Assembly (NCBI RefSeq): GCF_963921235.1
Contig: NC_086108.1
Span: 102,612,001-102,676,000, forward strand
From: Mobula hypostoma
Taxonomy: Eukaryota
Length of the DNA: 64,000 nucleotides
Direction: 5' to 3'
A program made the position numbers and the translations under genes. Below the pieces are notes generated by a model. That model did not search any database, was not told the origin of the DNA, and saw nothing but the letters and a program-made list of their open reading frames with translations. Positions within the stretch are counted from its first letter, which is position 1, and every line of letters starts with the position of its first letter. Of the stretch, positions 23,378-37,064 are shown one piece after another.

Positions 23378-23860
23378 ATTATTAGGTACCTGCTGCAGCT
23401 GATAAAGTGGCCACTGCATGTAAGTTTGTGGTCTTCTGCCGCTATAGCCCAACCGCTTCAAGATTTGATGTGTTGTGCATTCAGAGATGCTCTTCTGCAC
23501 ACCACTATTGTAACACATGGTTATTTGAGTTACTGTCACCTTCCCATCAGCTTGAACCGGTCTAGCCATTCTCCTCTGACCTCTGTTACTAACAAAGTGT
23601 CTTCACCCACAGAATGGCTGTCCACTTGATGTTGTTTGCTTATTGCATCATTCTGTGTAGAGACTGTTGTACGTGAAAATCCCAGGAGATCGGCAGTTTC
23701 TGAGATACTCATACCACCCTGTCTGGCACCAACAATCATTCCACGGTCAAAGTCACTTATCACACATTTCTTCCCCGTTCTGATGTTTGGTCTGAACAAC
23801 AACTGAAACCCTTGACCACTTCTGCATGCTTTATGTGCTGAGTTGCTGCCACATGATTAG
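23378..23860 (-). mobile_element. Tc1 deletion derivative
   Basis: ISDFDRGMIVGARQGGMSISETADLLGFSRTTVS; MARPVQADGKVTVTQITMCYNSGVQKSISECTTHQILKRLGYSGRRP. Confidence 0.88.
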
Positions 23861-25685
23861 ACCATAAGACATAGGAGCAGAATTTGATCATTCAATCATT
23901 GCTGATCCTTTTTTTCCCCCTCCTCAGCCCCACTCCCCGGCCTTCTCCATGTAACCTTTGATGCCATGTCCAATCAAGAACCTAGCATGCTCTGCCTTAA
24001 ATACACCCAACAACCTGGCCTCCACAGCTGCCCGTGCTAACATATTCCACAAATTCACCACCCTCTAGCTAAAGAAATTTCTCCGCATCTCTGTTTTAAA
24101 TGGATGTCCTTCTATCCTGAGGCTATGCCCTCTTGTCCTCGACTCCCCCAGCATAGGAAACATCCTGTCCATAGCTACCATGTCTAGGCCTTTTGACATT
24201 CAAAAGGTTTCAATGATATCGCCCTTATTGTTCTAAATTCAAGTGAGTACAGATCCAGAGTTATCAAGCGTTCCTCGTATGTAACCCTTTCATTCTCAGA
24301 ATCATCCTTGTGAACCTCCTCTGAACCCACTCCAATGCCAGCACATCTTTTCTTAGCTGAGGAACCCAAAACTGTTCACAATACTCAAGGCGAGGCATCA
24401 CTAGTGCCTTATAAAGCCTCAGCACCACATCCCTGCCCTTATATTCTAGACCTTTTGAAATGAATGCTAACATTGAACAAAATTCCTCCCCACTTCATCT
24501 ATTCCCCACTCTGACCTTTCACTTTTTTTCACATGCCTATCATTTCTCCCTGTGCTCCCTCCTCCTTCCCTTTCTCCTATTGTCCATTCTTCTCTCCTAT
24601 CAGATTCTTTCTTCTCCAGCCCTTGACCTTTCCCACCCACTTGGTTTCACCTATCATCTTTCCCTCCTCCCTCCTTTTTATTCAGGCACCTTCTCCCCTT
24701 TCTTCTCAGCCTGAAGAAATATTGACTGTTTACTCCTTTCCATAGATGCTGCCTGACCTGCTAAATTCCTTCGGCATTCTGTGTGTGTTGCTAAGTACAT
24801 ATGAATTGTTAATAGCTTGCAGAAAATTGTTTTCATGTGAATTTGAGGGAGTACATGAACCTAGAGACCTCAGGTTGTTTGTAATAAGTCCTTGAACATG
24901 GTATGACTGCGTATCAAGGCAATTAATAAAAAATATGGGATGCTGTGCTTTCTTAATAAGGACAGAGAATACAAAAGGATGTGAGTTTTGCTAATCCTGT
25001 ATAAAATCTTGGTTTGGCTCTGGCAGGAGTTTAAATCTAATTCTGATCAGATGCATTAGAGATCTTGGAAGCTTTGGAGAGGGTACAAAGGAGATGCAGT
25101 CAAACAATTCCAGAGGTGAGGGATTATGACAGACTGGAAAATCCAAGAGAGGTGATGGAAAACATTGATGGTTTTAAATCTAGAAAGTAGAGGAAAACCT
25201 GTTTCCATAAGTAGAAAGTGCTTCACGCTTTGTGTCTGCGAGCTCCGCAGCGATTTGTCTCTCTAATATAATGAACGGAGACCTTTCTCTTTCTCTGCAC
25301 ATTGGGCGTTGGTCTTTATTTTTAATTGGGTTCTTTCAGCTTTCTGGTTTCTTGCTTTGCAACTGCCTGTAAGCAGACAAATTTCAAGGTTGTATAAATT
25401 ATACATACTTTGCTAATAAATGTACTTTGAATCCTGTATCTTTGAACCAGGGAAGAGGACTTGAGGGTGATTGGCAAAAGAAGCGGAGACGACATGAGGA
25501 TCAGATTTTTATAAAGAGTCATTAAGCTTGGGAATGGTCACAGACTGAAGAATGGAGTTTAAGAGGGGATGGAGGTGAAACACTAAGGATTTCAGAAAGG
25601 AGGGGGAGTAACTGAATTGCTTTCCAGGAGAGCCCAAGATAAGCCAATGGGCTGAGTGGCCTTCCTTTGCTCTATTTGTTTATGG
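23860..25685. mobile_element. CR1 fragment on minus (23860-24470), PLE 3'UTR (about 24480-24790), older CR1 on plus (about 24850-25685)
   Basis: MLAFISKGLEYKGRDVVLRLYKALVMPRLEYCEQFW; PLE tail atagatgctgcctgacctgct. Confidence 0.75.
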
Positions 25686-26373
25686 TTCTTCTTCCTTAAG
25701 AACATATGCTAATAAGGAGTGACAGATCAGCCTGGTTCATTGCATTTGCTGTCTGTGGGAAATGGTTATGGGTTCAGCCCACCTCGGGGTCTCAGCAGTC
25801 ATACTTGCAACACCCATGAAAACACTGGGTTAAACCTGATTCTGATTTGGATTCTGATGATAGTGCAAAGACAAAAATCTTACCATAAATTGTGAACATA
25901 AATAAAAGGTGTAAAAAGAGTGAATAACAAGGTAGTTAGTGTTCATGGATTCATGGAACATCTTGATGCACAGATGAATTCCCCACAAATATCAGTAGTG
26001 GAAATGTTCACCAATGAACCTCCTTGACGAGTTCCAGTGACTCCTATATTTGCTGAACTATACTATCCCCTAATCCAAGAAAGAATCACACACGCACTCA
26101 TTCTCCTTTTCTCCCACATGTTCTCCCACGTGCTTGTTTTCAGATCCCTTTCAGGCCTCTCTCTGCTCCATCAAAATCATCTCCTTTAACTTTCCAGAAG
26201 CTACTTGAAGTTCAAAATGCTAAATTGTCACAGTGAGTGCTGACTGGCAACTGAACCTGGGTGCAGAGGAACAACAAACTCCCATGATGAGATAGACACA
26301 AGAGTTTATTCATTGGAGTTTCAAAAGAGCTTTTGTGGCTTGACTGAGCATCACTTCTTCTCAAATCTTCTCA

Positions 26374-26406
26374 AACACACACACACATGTACACGCTCAC
26401 ACGCAT

Positions 26407-26446
<40 letters not shown>
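26374..26446. repeat. (CA)n microsatellite
   Basis: Direct reading. Confidence 0.95.
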
Positions 26447-26447
<1 letters not shown>

Positions 26448-26489
26448 AAGATAAGTTCTAATTGTGGTCTCACTCTAAATAATCACAGA

Positions 26490-26855
26490 AAGACTATAAG
26501 GCATAGGAGCAGAATTAGGCTGTTCAGCCCATCAAATCTGCTCTGCCATTCCATCATGGCTGATCCCGGATCCTACTCAACCCCATACACCTGCCTTCTC
26601 ACCATATCCTTTGATGCCCTGACCGATCAGGAAACAATCAACTTCTGCCTTATATATACCCACAGACTTAGCTTCCACCGTAGTCTGTGTCAGAGCATTC
26701 CACAGATTCACTACTCTCTGGCTCAAAAAATTTCTCCCTACTTCTGTTCTGAAAGGGCATCCTTCAATTTTGAGGTTGTGCCCTTTAGTTCTGGATATCC
26801 CACCCATAGGAAACATCCTCTCCACATCCACCCTATCTAGTCCTTTCAACCTTCA
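26490..26855 (-). mobile_element. CR1 3' end
   Basis: KGLDRVDVERMFP..RTKGHNLKI..RNFLSQRVVNLWNAL; closely similar to 62000-62360. Confidence 0.88.
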
Positions 26856-27590
26856 GTAAGCTGAAAACCTGTGCTAGTCACAATTAATTTAAACAAGGTT
26901 AAACAGAAAGCACAAGGGTTTAACAATTCTAGTTAAAACAACAATTAGTAAATACAGGTACTCGAGAAAGCCAGAGCTCAACGCTGTACGGCAAGCCGCA
27001 GAGACCCACAGGGCTCATGACACTAAATGCTTCCTCCACATCTCTCTCTTCCATTAAGATGATCCTTGCAACTAAGCTCTTTAACAAAACCTTTGTTCAC
27101 CCATTGAAATTTCTCTTTGCGTGTCTTCATATCTGACAGTTGTTGGCTGACAGGTCTTTGGAAATAATTATCTCATCAGAAACTTTTGTTTCCCTGACTA
27201 GCTTCATCATTGGCCCCTTAACCCTATTCCTCTTCCTCATTCCAGGAAAAAATCTTGGGTTTTACTTGTCCTCCTCCAGTAATTTCCCCATTATAACTTA
27301 ATTTGTACAAAAATAATAAACTCTTGTCCTCTATTATAAGTCATTGGGTAATAATTTACAGATATAGTCATCAAAGACAATTAGTCACTTATTCCAAACC
27401 TTGGCTTGATTCCCAGAATCATCACTGAATGGTATTATGTGGAAAAAGAAAGACAAAGTGAGGAACACAGTGGTAGACAACGTAATCCATGGAGCTGTCC
27501 ACGCATGATCCATATATTAATCCCCTTTACCCACCTTTGTCCCATATTCGAGGGATAAGTGCCAAATGCATTATTAAGCTGGGATTAGTT

Positions 27591-27900
27591 GGGCGGCTGA
27601 GTGGTGTAGCGGTTAGCACAACTCTCTACAGCGCAAGCTGTAAGATTCAGGTTTGATTCCCACTGCTGTCTATATGGAGTTCGTATGCTCATCCCATGAC
27701 TGTGTGAGTTTCCTCCTGGTGCTCCAGTTTCCTCCCACAATCCAAAGATGTATGGTTAGGATTAGTGAGTTTTGCGCATGCTGTTTTGGCACTGGAAGTG
27801 TGACGGACACTTGCTCAACCCTCACTAATTTGAATAGACAAAAATGACACATTTCACTGTATGGTTTCATCTATATATGACAAATAAAACTAATCATTTC
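27591..27900 (+). mobile_element. V-SINE-like tRNA-derived SINE
   Basis: Head gtggtgtagcggttagc, B-box-like ggtttgattcc, V-domain gtttcctcc..gtgctccagtttcctcccacaatccaaag. Confidence 0.8.
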
Positions 27901-28334
27901 CTTAGGCGGGCACCTTAGTTAGCATAGATGAGTTGGACTGAATGGTTTGTTTCTGTGCTGTATTCCTCCATGATTATTACAATTATGATTCAATTCCTTA
28001 CTATGAATGTTAGCAAACTCTTATCAACCACAGTTTTGAAACCCAGTGGGACCCCTAGCTTTAATAACATTTGGTAGGGAAGGTGGGGTAGGAAGGAAGA
28101 AGATGGGAGGTATGGAGGGTGGGTGAATGATAGAGGCAGTATTCCAGATGTCCACCATTTGTGCTGTGATGAGATGTTTCCTGATGTCTCCCTAGATAAC
28201 TTGGCTCTGATCTTAAGATTATCACCTCCCATCTGGTCCTAGACTTCAGGCCAAATGCCTATCTCTGTATTGGTCTCTCATTCACACCCTAAAATATTAG
28301 AAGGTATTTGGTTAATGAAACTAACTAAGTGATC

Positions 28335-30800
28335 ATAGAACATAGAACATTACGACACAGTATTGTCCCTTTGGCCCACAACATTGTGCTGAACTGTTAA
28401 TCAAAATGTTTTTGTGTTTGTAAGATCAATCTAACCCTTCCCTTTTACATACCCCCCATTTTCTATCATTCGGGTCCCTATCTAAGAGTCTCTTAAATGC
28501 CCCTAATGTATATGTCTCTACCATCATCCCTGACAGGATGTTCCATGCACCTGCCACTTTCTATGTAAAAAACTTTACTCTGACATGCCCCCTATACCTC
28601 CCATCAATCACCTTAAAATTATGCCCTTTCATTTCCATCTTATCTGCCTATCCACTCGATCTATACCCCTTATCACCTTATACACCTCTATCAAGTCACC
28701 TCTCCTCCTTTGCTCCAGAGAAAAAAGCCCTAGTTTGCTCAATCTGTCAACCTATTAAGCACATGCTTTCTTAAACCACAAAACCTACAGGGAGGCAAGC
28801 AGCATTTCTCTATGATGCAACCACTTTCTTACAGGCTGCCAGCCACTCTCCAGAAGTAGATTCTGGAACATTCTACCTTCTATTTTCTTGTAATTGTAGA
28901 GATCATTTTGTACTATGGTACAGTTCTTAGAGTGCTACTGACCAATATGACACATGCTCCACTTATCATTCATCTTCAGCACAGCAATGAATCATTTACA
29001 CTCTGGACAAAATAAGCCAAAATGATCTTGTCAAATTTAATAATTTAACTGATCTTTGTTCCTTTTTGGTGATTTTTATTTTGATCTGGTGCCTGTACAC
29101 ACTTGGTCTCATGAACAGTTGATGTTTTAGGCCAAGACCCTTCATCAGGACGGGTGATAAAGGGTCTCAGCCTAAAACGTCGAGTGCTTATTTCCCTCCA
29201 TAGATGCTGCCTGACCTGCTGAGTTCCTCCAAGATTTTATGTGTAATGCCCTCAGAGTTTTTTTTTATCTTTCAATAAGATCACTTCTCATTCTTCTAAC
29301 TTCCGGTTTGTACAGTCCCATCTTTCTCAAATACTCTTCATCTTTTCTTTCCCTAGAAAACCTTCACTGAACTGCTTTAAATACAAATATATCATTTCTT
29401 AAATAAGTGGGCAAAAACTGTACTCAGTTCTCCAGATGTGGTCTCACCAACACCCTGTAACAGTGCATCAAAGTGTCCCTCCTTTTATACTCCATACCCT
29501 TGCAGAAATTACGATGATTGCCTTAGCTTCCTAAGTGCTTACTGTATTTGCCTAACAACCTTTGTGTTTCATGTTCTGGGGCTTCCAGATCTCTTTGCAC
29601 TGCAACAATTTGTAGTCTCTCTCCATTTTAATAATAATTCTTCCTTCCCATGTGGATAACTTCACATCTTCCCACATTATACTCCAAGTACCAACTCACT
29701 TCCCTTTGTAGCAGATTATTTATTGCTTGGACATCAAAACGTACAGTGAAATGTATCATTTGTATTAATAACCAGCACAACCTAAGGTCGATGGGACTAG
29801 ACAGTTTAGAGTTCAAAGTAAATTTCATTATTAGAGTACACATATGCCACCATATACAACTCTGAGATTCATTTTCCTGTGGGCATACTCAGCAAATCTG
29901 TAGAATAGAAACCATAGAAGGATCAATGAAAGATCAACCAGAGTGCAGAAGACAACAAATGGTGCAAGTGTAAATATAAATACATAGCAATAAATAATGA
30001 GGACATGAGATAATGAGATAAAGAGTCCTTAAATTGAGATCATTGGTTGTGGAAACATCTCAATGTTTGGGCAAGTGAGTGTAGTTATCCCCTTTTGTTC
30101 AAGAGCCTTATGGTTGAGGGGTAGTAACTGTTCTTGAACCTGGTGGTGCAAGTCCAGAGGCTCTTGTATCTTCTACTTGATGCCAGCAGCGAGAAAAAAA
30201 AAACATTGCCTGTGTGTTGGGCATCTCTGATGATGGATACTGCTTTCCTGTGACAGCGTCTCATGTAGATGTGCTCTATGGTTGGGAGGGCTTTACCCGT
30301 GATGGACGAGGCTGAATCCACTACCTTTTGTAGGATTTTCCATCCAATGGTTCTGTAAATGGTTCAGCACATTTAGATGAGCTGAAGAGCCTGTTTCTGT
30401 GAAGTACTTTTCTATGACTATAACTCGATGACTCTATGTGGTGGGTGGTGACAGCTCACAAGCATTGCCACACATTCTGGTGCCTACATAGCATGTCCAG
30501 ATGTTCAGCATTACCATCATTAAATTTGGCAGTAGGGTAGTTGGTTCCTTCATCCAAATCATTAATATAGATTATAAATAGTTGAGACACAAACATTGTC
30601 TGCCAGCACAAAAATGACTCATTTATCCCAGGTGGGATCTGCTTATAACCCTTTGCACTATTCATCCCAATATATTACTCCCAATCCCATGCACTGTTAC
30701 CTTGTCAGTAACTATATATGTGGCACCTTATACAAATACGCTCCACAAGGTGCTTTCCTTATGTTTGCCTTTATTACAAAGAGGATGGAATCTGTGCCTT
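28335..30800 (-). mobile_element. Mosaic of CR1 (28335-28770, 29270-29690), PLE tails (29115-29250) and Rex1 3' end (29810-30345)
   Basis: EYNVGRCEVIHMGRKN; ASSITGKALPTIEHIY..RRYKSL..TTRFKNSYYPSTIRLLN. Confidence 0.75.
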
Positions 30801-31569
30801 GCTACATCTGTACAGGTCAAAGTTCAAAGTACGTTTATTAACCATGTACGTATACAGTATACAATCTTGACAGTCACTTCCTTACAGACAGCCACAAAAC
30901 AACAGAACCCAAAATAACCCAATAAAGAAAAGACCTTCAAACACCCAATGTGCAAAGGGAGAAAAGAACAGAGTGTGCATACAATAAGTGCAAGCAAATA
31001 GCGTTCAGAACTGGAGCCTAAGATAAAAAGTCTGTTCCCAGGCATGAAGCCATAGACCCTCAGTTCAGCACAGAGCAGCAAGATGAACCAGACTGTCCCT
31101 TGCCTCGGGCCCTTAACACCCTGACCTTTTCAATCTGGCCCAGTGCTTAAGTTGTCATCCAAGCATCAGGTTCTGTCACTGCAATAAGCTCTGGTGCCTG
31201 GACCCTGCCCTGATGGTTACCTCAGTGGAGTAACTATGTCTGAGTACTGTGTTCAGGATTGGTATCCTTATTTACAGAATATTTACCTGTAGTGGAGCAG
31301 GTCAGAGAAGCTTCACAAAGTTGGTCCATAGGATGCTGTGCCTGGCTAGTGAAAAAGGTATGGCCCATACTCACTGGAATTCGGAAGATGAGAGGTGAAG
31401 TAATTGAAATGTATAAGATGATGAAGAGACTTAGCTCAATAGAATCTGAGGGGATGGTTTCCTTCATGATGAAGTTGCCCATTTAACATGGCGACAAGAA
31501 GGAATTTCTTCTCGCAGAGAATAATTAATTATTGGAATTCTGTACCCCAGAGAGATATTGTGAGAGAGA

Positions 31570-31880
31570 TTAGTTTTATTTGCCATATGTATGTTGAAAC
31601 ATTGAAAGATACAGTGAAATGTGTTGTTTTGCGTCAGATCAAATCAGTGAGGATTGTGCAGGGGACAACCTGCAAGTGTGACCACAGATCCAGCACCAAC
31701 ATAGCATGCCATCAACTTCCCAACCCTAACGGTACATCTTTGGAATTTAAGGGAAAATCGGAGTGCTTTGGAGGAAACCCACATGGTCACAGGATGAACT
31801 CACAGACACTGATGGTAATCAAACTCCAATCAGTGATAGGTGGCGCTTCAAAGTGATCGCGCCAACCACTACGCTACTGC
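31570..31880 (-). mobile_element. V-SINE-like SINE
   Basis: Homologous to 27591-27900 and 36720-37015. Confidence 0.65.
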
Positions 31881-32464
31881 GACAGATGAATTATTGGACT
31901 TGAGGGAAGTGAAATAATGTGGGGAAGAAGCAAAAATGTAACCAAGATCAAACAAGCCACAATCTTAATCAATCACAGGGCGGCCTCTGTCTCGATCAGG
32001 GATTACCAACCTTTTTTATGCCATGGACCCCTACCATTAACTAAGGGGTGTCATAGTCCGGTCCGTGAAGTCCGTATTCCGGTTCACGGTCTGGTCCATC
32101 GACCCTTGCTCCAGGTTTTCCTATCTACCCTATTTCTGTCCTTGTTGAGTTAATTGAGGTAGCTGATGCTCGTTGGGGCTGGCTGCATAAATACCTTCAG
32201 AGACCAGGGCGTGGTTGCTGGATTGTTCTTGTCCTTACTCCTTGGATCCCTTCCTCTGCCTTCTGTTTCCTCGTCTGAAGCCCTGTCTTGTCTTGCCGGT
32301 AACTCTCGCCTCGCCCGAAGTTCTGTCTCGCCTTGCTTTGCCTGAAGCCCTGCCTTGTCTTGCCGGTTACTTTCACCTCGCCTGAAGTTCTTGTCTTGCC
32401 TTGCTTTGCCTGTAGCCTTGCCTTGCCTTGCTGTCTGGTCCTGGAGCCACCCTGTACCTAGCTC

Positions 32465-32680
32465 CCTTCCTGTCCCTTGCCTCTGCCCAGGTAAGCTAGG
32501 CCGTCTTGCCATTACCTGGGGTTGGTTCTGTCCCTTGCCTTTGCCCAGGTAAGCCAGGCCATCTTGCCATTACCTGGGGTTGGTTCTGTCCCTTCCTGTC
32601 CCTTGCCTTCGCTCAGGTAAGCCAGGCCGTCTTGCTGTTACCTGGGGTTGATTCTGTCCCTTCCTGTCCCTTGCCTCTGT
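32465..32680 (+). repeat. Three tandem hairpin units (58-68 bp) containing CAG|GTAAGC
   Basis: CCCAGGTAA-GCYAGGCCRTCTTGCYR-TTACCTGGG. Confidence 0.9.
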
Positions 32681-32729
32681 CGGGTGGTGATCCGCGCCCT
32701 GCCCAGGAGTACCACGCCCTGCCCAGGAG

Positions 32730-33125
32730 GAGCCAAGCCTCCAGCCTCGCCTCAAGTCTCCAGCCTCCAGCCTCCAGCCTCACCTCGCCTCAAGTCTCCA
32801 GCCTCCAGCCTCGCCTCAAGTCTCCAGCCTCCAGCCTCGCCTCAAGTCTCCAGCCTCCAGCCTCGCCTCTAGTCTCCAGCCTCCAGCCTTGCCTCTAGTC
32901 TCCAGCCTCCAGCTTCGCCTCTAGTCTCAAGTCTCCAGCCTCCTGCCAAGCCTCGCCTCGCCTCGTCTCTCGCCTCGTCTCGAGCCTGTAGACTCTAGCC
33001 TCTAGCCTCTAGCCTCTTGCCAAGCCAAGCCAAGTCTCTTGCCTCTAGCTTCTTGCCAAGCCAAGCCAAGTCTCTAGCCTCGAGCATCTTGCCAAGCCAA
33101 GCCAAGTCTCTAGCCTCTAGCTTCT
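32730..33125 (+). repeat. CCAGCCT/CAAGTCT-based composite minisatellite inside solo LTR 2
   Basis: Repeats of ctccagcctccagcctcgcctcaagt, then gccaagccaagtctctagcct. Confidence 0.9.
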
Positions 33126-33444
33126 ACCCTGAAGACTCCAGCCTCGTCCTGCCTGCCTGCCAAACCTCGTCCTTGCCTAGTTCTGGGGTCTGAGCCAGAG
33201 GCAAGACCCAGGTACTGGGTCCTTGTCCAGTCTCTGGCTCGGAGTCCAAGCCCAGGCTCCTAGCTCTCTTGTTCAGTCCTGTTCCAGGTTTCTGGTTTTC
33301 CTGTCCATGTCCTTGCCCTCACCCTGTATCCTAGTCCTGTCCCTAGTACTTCAGTGTCTGTGTCTTGCACTTGGGTCTGTTCCCAGCCGTGCCCTTATGA
33401 CAAGGGGACAATGGCCCCCCGGGTTGGAAAAGTCTGATCTAGAG

Positions 33445-33925
33445 AAATGCCCAGAGGAGGTTTATGAGAATGATCCCTGCAATAAAAAGGTTAATGCATG
33501 AGGACCATTTGATGACTCTGGGCCTCTATTCATAGGAGTTTGGAAGAATGAAGAAGGATCTCACTGAAAACCTACTAAATATGGAAAGGCCTATTGGACA
33601 TGGAGAAGATGTTTGCAAATATGGGACAGTCTAGGACCAGATGGCACAGCCTCGGAATAGAAAGATGTCCCTTTAGAACAGGGATGAGAAGGAATTTCTT
33701 TGGCCAGAGGACAATGAGTCTGTGGAATTCATTGCCATAGACAGCTGCGGTGGCCAGGTCATTGGGTATATTTAAAGCAGAAGTTATTAGTATGGGTGTC
33801 AAAGATTGTGGGGAGAAGGCAGGAGAATGGTGTTGAAAAGGAAAATGAATCAGCCATGATTAAATGGTGGGGTAGATTCAATGGGTGGAATGGCTTAATT
33901 CTGCTCCAAGGTCTTAGCCTTATAG
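33445..33925 (+). mobile_element. CR1 3' end
   Basis: CR1 C-terminal coding remnant and 3'UTR (aattctgctcc..tcttag). Confidence 0.75.
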
Positions 33926-34255
33926 TCTTGCATTTTTTCTTATACTTTTACATTTTTTATACCTTGTCCTGCCAGGCAATGGAGATAGCCGGTTCAGCAG
34001 GTTTGACAGGTTCAGCTGTTGATGTCTCTTATTGTTTCTGCAGAATAATTAGTGGTTGGTATGAGATGCATCAACAATGGAATGAGTGTATAATCAAGGT
34101 GATAAACATGACACTGGATGCTGATGAGCCTCTTTAATGTGGTAGAGTATCCATCACACCTCACCTCTGCCTTGCGGGTGCTTCAGAACATTGGGAGCTT
34201 GGAGATGAATATTTTCCTCAGCTTCTTTCCTGCTCTTGTAACCACACTGTATCGA

Positions 34256-35190
34256 CACAGTGGCCACTTTATTAGATAAACCTATACCACTGTTTACTAT
34301 TACAAATATCTAATCAGCCAATTATGTGACAGCAACTCAATGCATAAAAGCATGCAGACATGGTCAAGAGGTTCAGTTGCTGTTCAGACCAAACATCAGA
34401 ATGGAGAAAAAATGTGATCCATGTGACTTTGACCATGGAGTAATTGTTGGTGCCAGACAGGGTGGTTTGAGTACTCAAAAACTGTTGATCTCTTGGAATT
34501 GTCACACGCCACTGTCTCTGATGTTTACAGAGAATGGTGTGAAAAACAAAAAACATTCAGTAAGTGGCTAAATTTCATTAGGAGTTTAAGAAGAATTGGT
34601 ATGTCACCAAAGCAATCACAAATTTGTGCAAGTGTACCATGGAAAACATTCTAACTGATCACATCACCATCTGGTATGGAGGGGCCATTGCACAGGATCA
34701 GAAAAAACTGCAGAAAGTAGTAAACTCAGTCAGCTCCATCATGAGCACTAACCTCCCCAGCATTTAGAACACCTTCAAAAGCGACGCCTCAAAAAGGTGG
34801 TGTCCATCGTTAAGGATCCCGTCACCCAGAACATGCCTCTTCTCATTGTAACTCTCAAAGAGGAGGTACAGGAGCCACAGGGACACATTTCAGCAGCAAC
34901 TTCTTCCTCTCCCTGCCATCAGATTTCTGAATGGACAACGAACCCATAAATACTACCTCACTATTTTTCCCGTCTTTCTGCGCTTCTTATTTAATTTAAT
35001 TATATATGCAGTGTATATATTATACTTGATTCTGATTCTTGTTAATGTGAGAGGTCAGAGGAGAACGGCCAGACTGATTCAACTGACAGGAAAGGGGACC
35101 GTAACTCAAGTAACCACGCCTTATGACAATGGTGTGCAGAAGAGCATCTCTGAATGCACGGAGTGGATGGGTTACAGCAGCAGAAGACCC
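34256..35190 (+). mobile_element. Tc1 derivative (34256-34570 and 35040-35190) interrupted by a Rex1 3' fragment (about 34570-35035)
   Basis: TIR cagtggccacttttattag; CDFDHGVIVGARQGGLS; resumes as RGQRRTARLIQLTGKGTVTQVTTPYDNGVQKSISEC. Confidence 0.8.
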
Positions 35191-35209
35191 ACACTGGGTT
35201 CCACTCCTG

Positions 35210-35495
35210 TAGCGTGACATTATTACAGACTGGAGCATTCTGGAGTTCAAAGTTCAATTCCGGCACCATTTTGTAAGGAGTCTCTGGAAGTCGTTCCCGT
35301 GGAAAGCGTGGGTTTTCTCCGGGTTCTCTGGTTTCCTCCCACAGTCCAAAGACATAGCAGGTAGGTTAATTGGTCATTGTAAATTGTCCCAACTTTAGGT
35401 TAGGCTTAATCGGGATTTTTGGGGGGTTGCTGGGGTGCCGTGGCTCAAAGGGCCAGAAAGGCCTACTCCACACTGTATCGCTAAATGAAATAAGT
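35210..35495 (+). mobile_element. V-SINE-like SINE
   Basis: gggttttctccgggttctctggtttcctcccacagtccaaagac. Confidence 0.75.
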
Positions 35496-35789
35496 AAAGT
35501 GTCCCTGAGTATATGTGTCTGGGTCATTGTTCGTTCTAGTGCAGAATGGCCTTCAGAATATCAAATGGAGAATTCATTGATTGCCAAAAAGAGATTAAAG
35601 AAACAAAAATTTGTTTGGCTATTGGGAAAGGGCAAGGGAGTTGTACTTGCTGGACAATGTTTGCATAGAGCTGGCATCAGCTTTATGGTCTGCAAGTCCT
35701 CCTTGCATGCTGAGATCCTGATAGATGACCTCTTGGCAAAAAAATTCTTTACCAGCGCTTAGTTGGCATGAACACTGCTTACATTCACA

Positions 35790-36560
35790 GTCCAAAGTAA
35801 ATTTATTATCAAAGTACATATATGTGACCATATACAAACCTGAGATTCATTTTCTTATGGGAATTCACAGTAAACTCAAGAAATACAATGGATTCAAAAA
35901 AAAAACACGCACCCAACAAGGACAGACAAGCAACCAATATGCAAAAGACACCAAACTCTGCAAGTACAACAAGAATAAAAAATGAAATAATAATAATAAA
36001 TAAGCAATAAATATCAAGAACATGAGATGAAAAGTCCTTGAGGTGAGTCCATAGGGTGTGGAAATAATTCAGTGATGGAGCAAGTGAAGTTGAGTGAAGT
36101 TATCCCCTCTGGTTCGAGAGCCTGATGGTTGAGGGGTAATAAATGTCCCTGAAGATGGTGATCTGAGTCCTGAGGCTCTTGTACCTTCTTCCTGATGGCA
36201 GCAGTGAGGACAGAACGTGGCCTGGATGGTGGGGGTCCTTGATGATGGATGCTGCTTTCCTGAATGTTGGCTGGCTCTTATCTTGTCAAATGTTGCTGCA
36301 TACAGACATGGACTGGCTCTAATCTGAGGAACTGGGTGTGAATCTGATCACTACGCCATCAAGAGCAAACATCCTCCATCTCTCACCTCATGGTGAGAAC
36401 ACGGTGATGGAGATGCTTGGATCACAGACAATGCTCTGATAAACTCATCCAGTGATTCCAGTGATACCCCTGGCATTGGGATAACTGAATCCCAACAAGA
36501 TCGATCTCTTTGGAGTGAGGCTGTGATTCACACCAGTAGAGGGATTTCCCAGATACACAT
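35790..36560 (-). mobile_element. Rex1 3' end (35790-36260) followed by a very old LINE RT remnant (about 36270-36560)
   Basis: 3'UTR shared with 18113-18450 and 29810-30345; the remnant resembles the antisense FADD region of CR1/L2-type LINEs. Confidence 0.6.
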
Positions 36561-36719
36561 CTCTTAACATATTTTATAGATTGATACTAGTTTTCTTTCT
36601 TGATAAAGCTTAAATATTTAATCATACTTTCTCATGTACATTAGACACAGGGATTTTCCCAATACACATTTCCTAACATCTGTTATTGATCAATGTTAAA
36701 GATAAAGATTAAAAAAAGC

Positions 36720-37015
36720 TTTATTTGTCACATGCACATCAAAACAGACAGTGAAATACATCGTTTCCTTCTAATCCAATCAGCGGGAAATGTGCTGGGC
36801 AGCCCACAAGTTTCACCATGCTTCCAGCGCTAACATAGCATGCCAACAACTCACTAACACTAACCTGCATGTCTTTGGATTGTGGGAGGAAACTGGACCA
36901 CCCGGAGGAAACCCACAGGGAGAAGGTACAAACTCCTTACAGACAGCAATGGGATTGAGCCTGGATCCTACAGCGGGTGTTGTAAAGCACTGTACTAACT
37001 GCTACATTGCTGTTC
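36720..37015 (-). mobile_element. V-SINE-like SINE
   Basis: Reverse complement of V-domain (tgtgggaggaaactggaccacccggaggaaacccac on +). Confidence 0.75.
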
Positions 37016-37064
37016 CACCCATTATCTCGGACCCTATTTCTTTTTTTTCTCTCTCAGTTATACT

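Larger units (their letters stand above)
32049..33402 (+). mobile_element. Solo LTR related to 2895-4704, with its own internal arrays
   Basis: TGTCATA...TATGACA termini; exact 5-bp TSD AGGGG (32044-32048, 33403-33407); CATAAATA near 32187; shared block ttctggggtc..gcaagacccaggtactgggtccttg..gagtcca. Confidence 0.9.
31997..33436. mobile_element. Small hAT(Charlie)-like MITE split by the solo LTR (MITE parts 31997-32048 and 33403-33436)
   Basis: Degenerate TIRs CAGGGATTACCAACC / GGTTGGAAAAGTCTG; flanks GTCTCGAT and ATCTAGAG resemble an NTCTAGAN 8-bp target. Confidence 0.6.

Noticed and set aside
33970..34105. Possible plus-strand exon after tttctgcag (IISGWYEMHQQWNECIIK)
   Set aside because: Weak donor, unrecognised peptide, no partner exons.
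36540..36695. Short diverged direct repeat (agggatttccc..tacacat..taacat), period about 110 bp
   Set aside because: Only two degenerate copies in AT-rich sequence, with no structure or function supportable.
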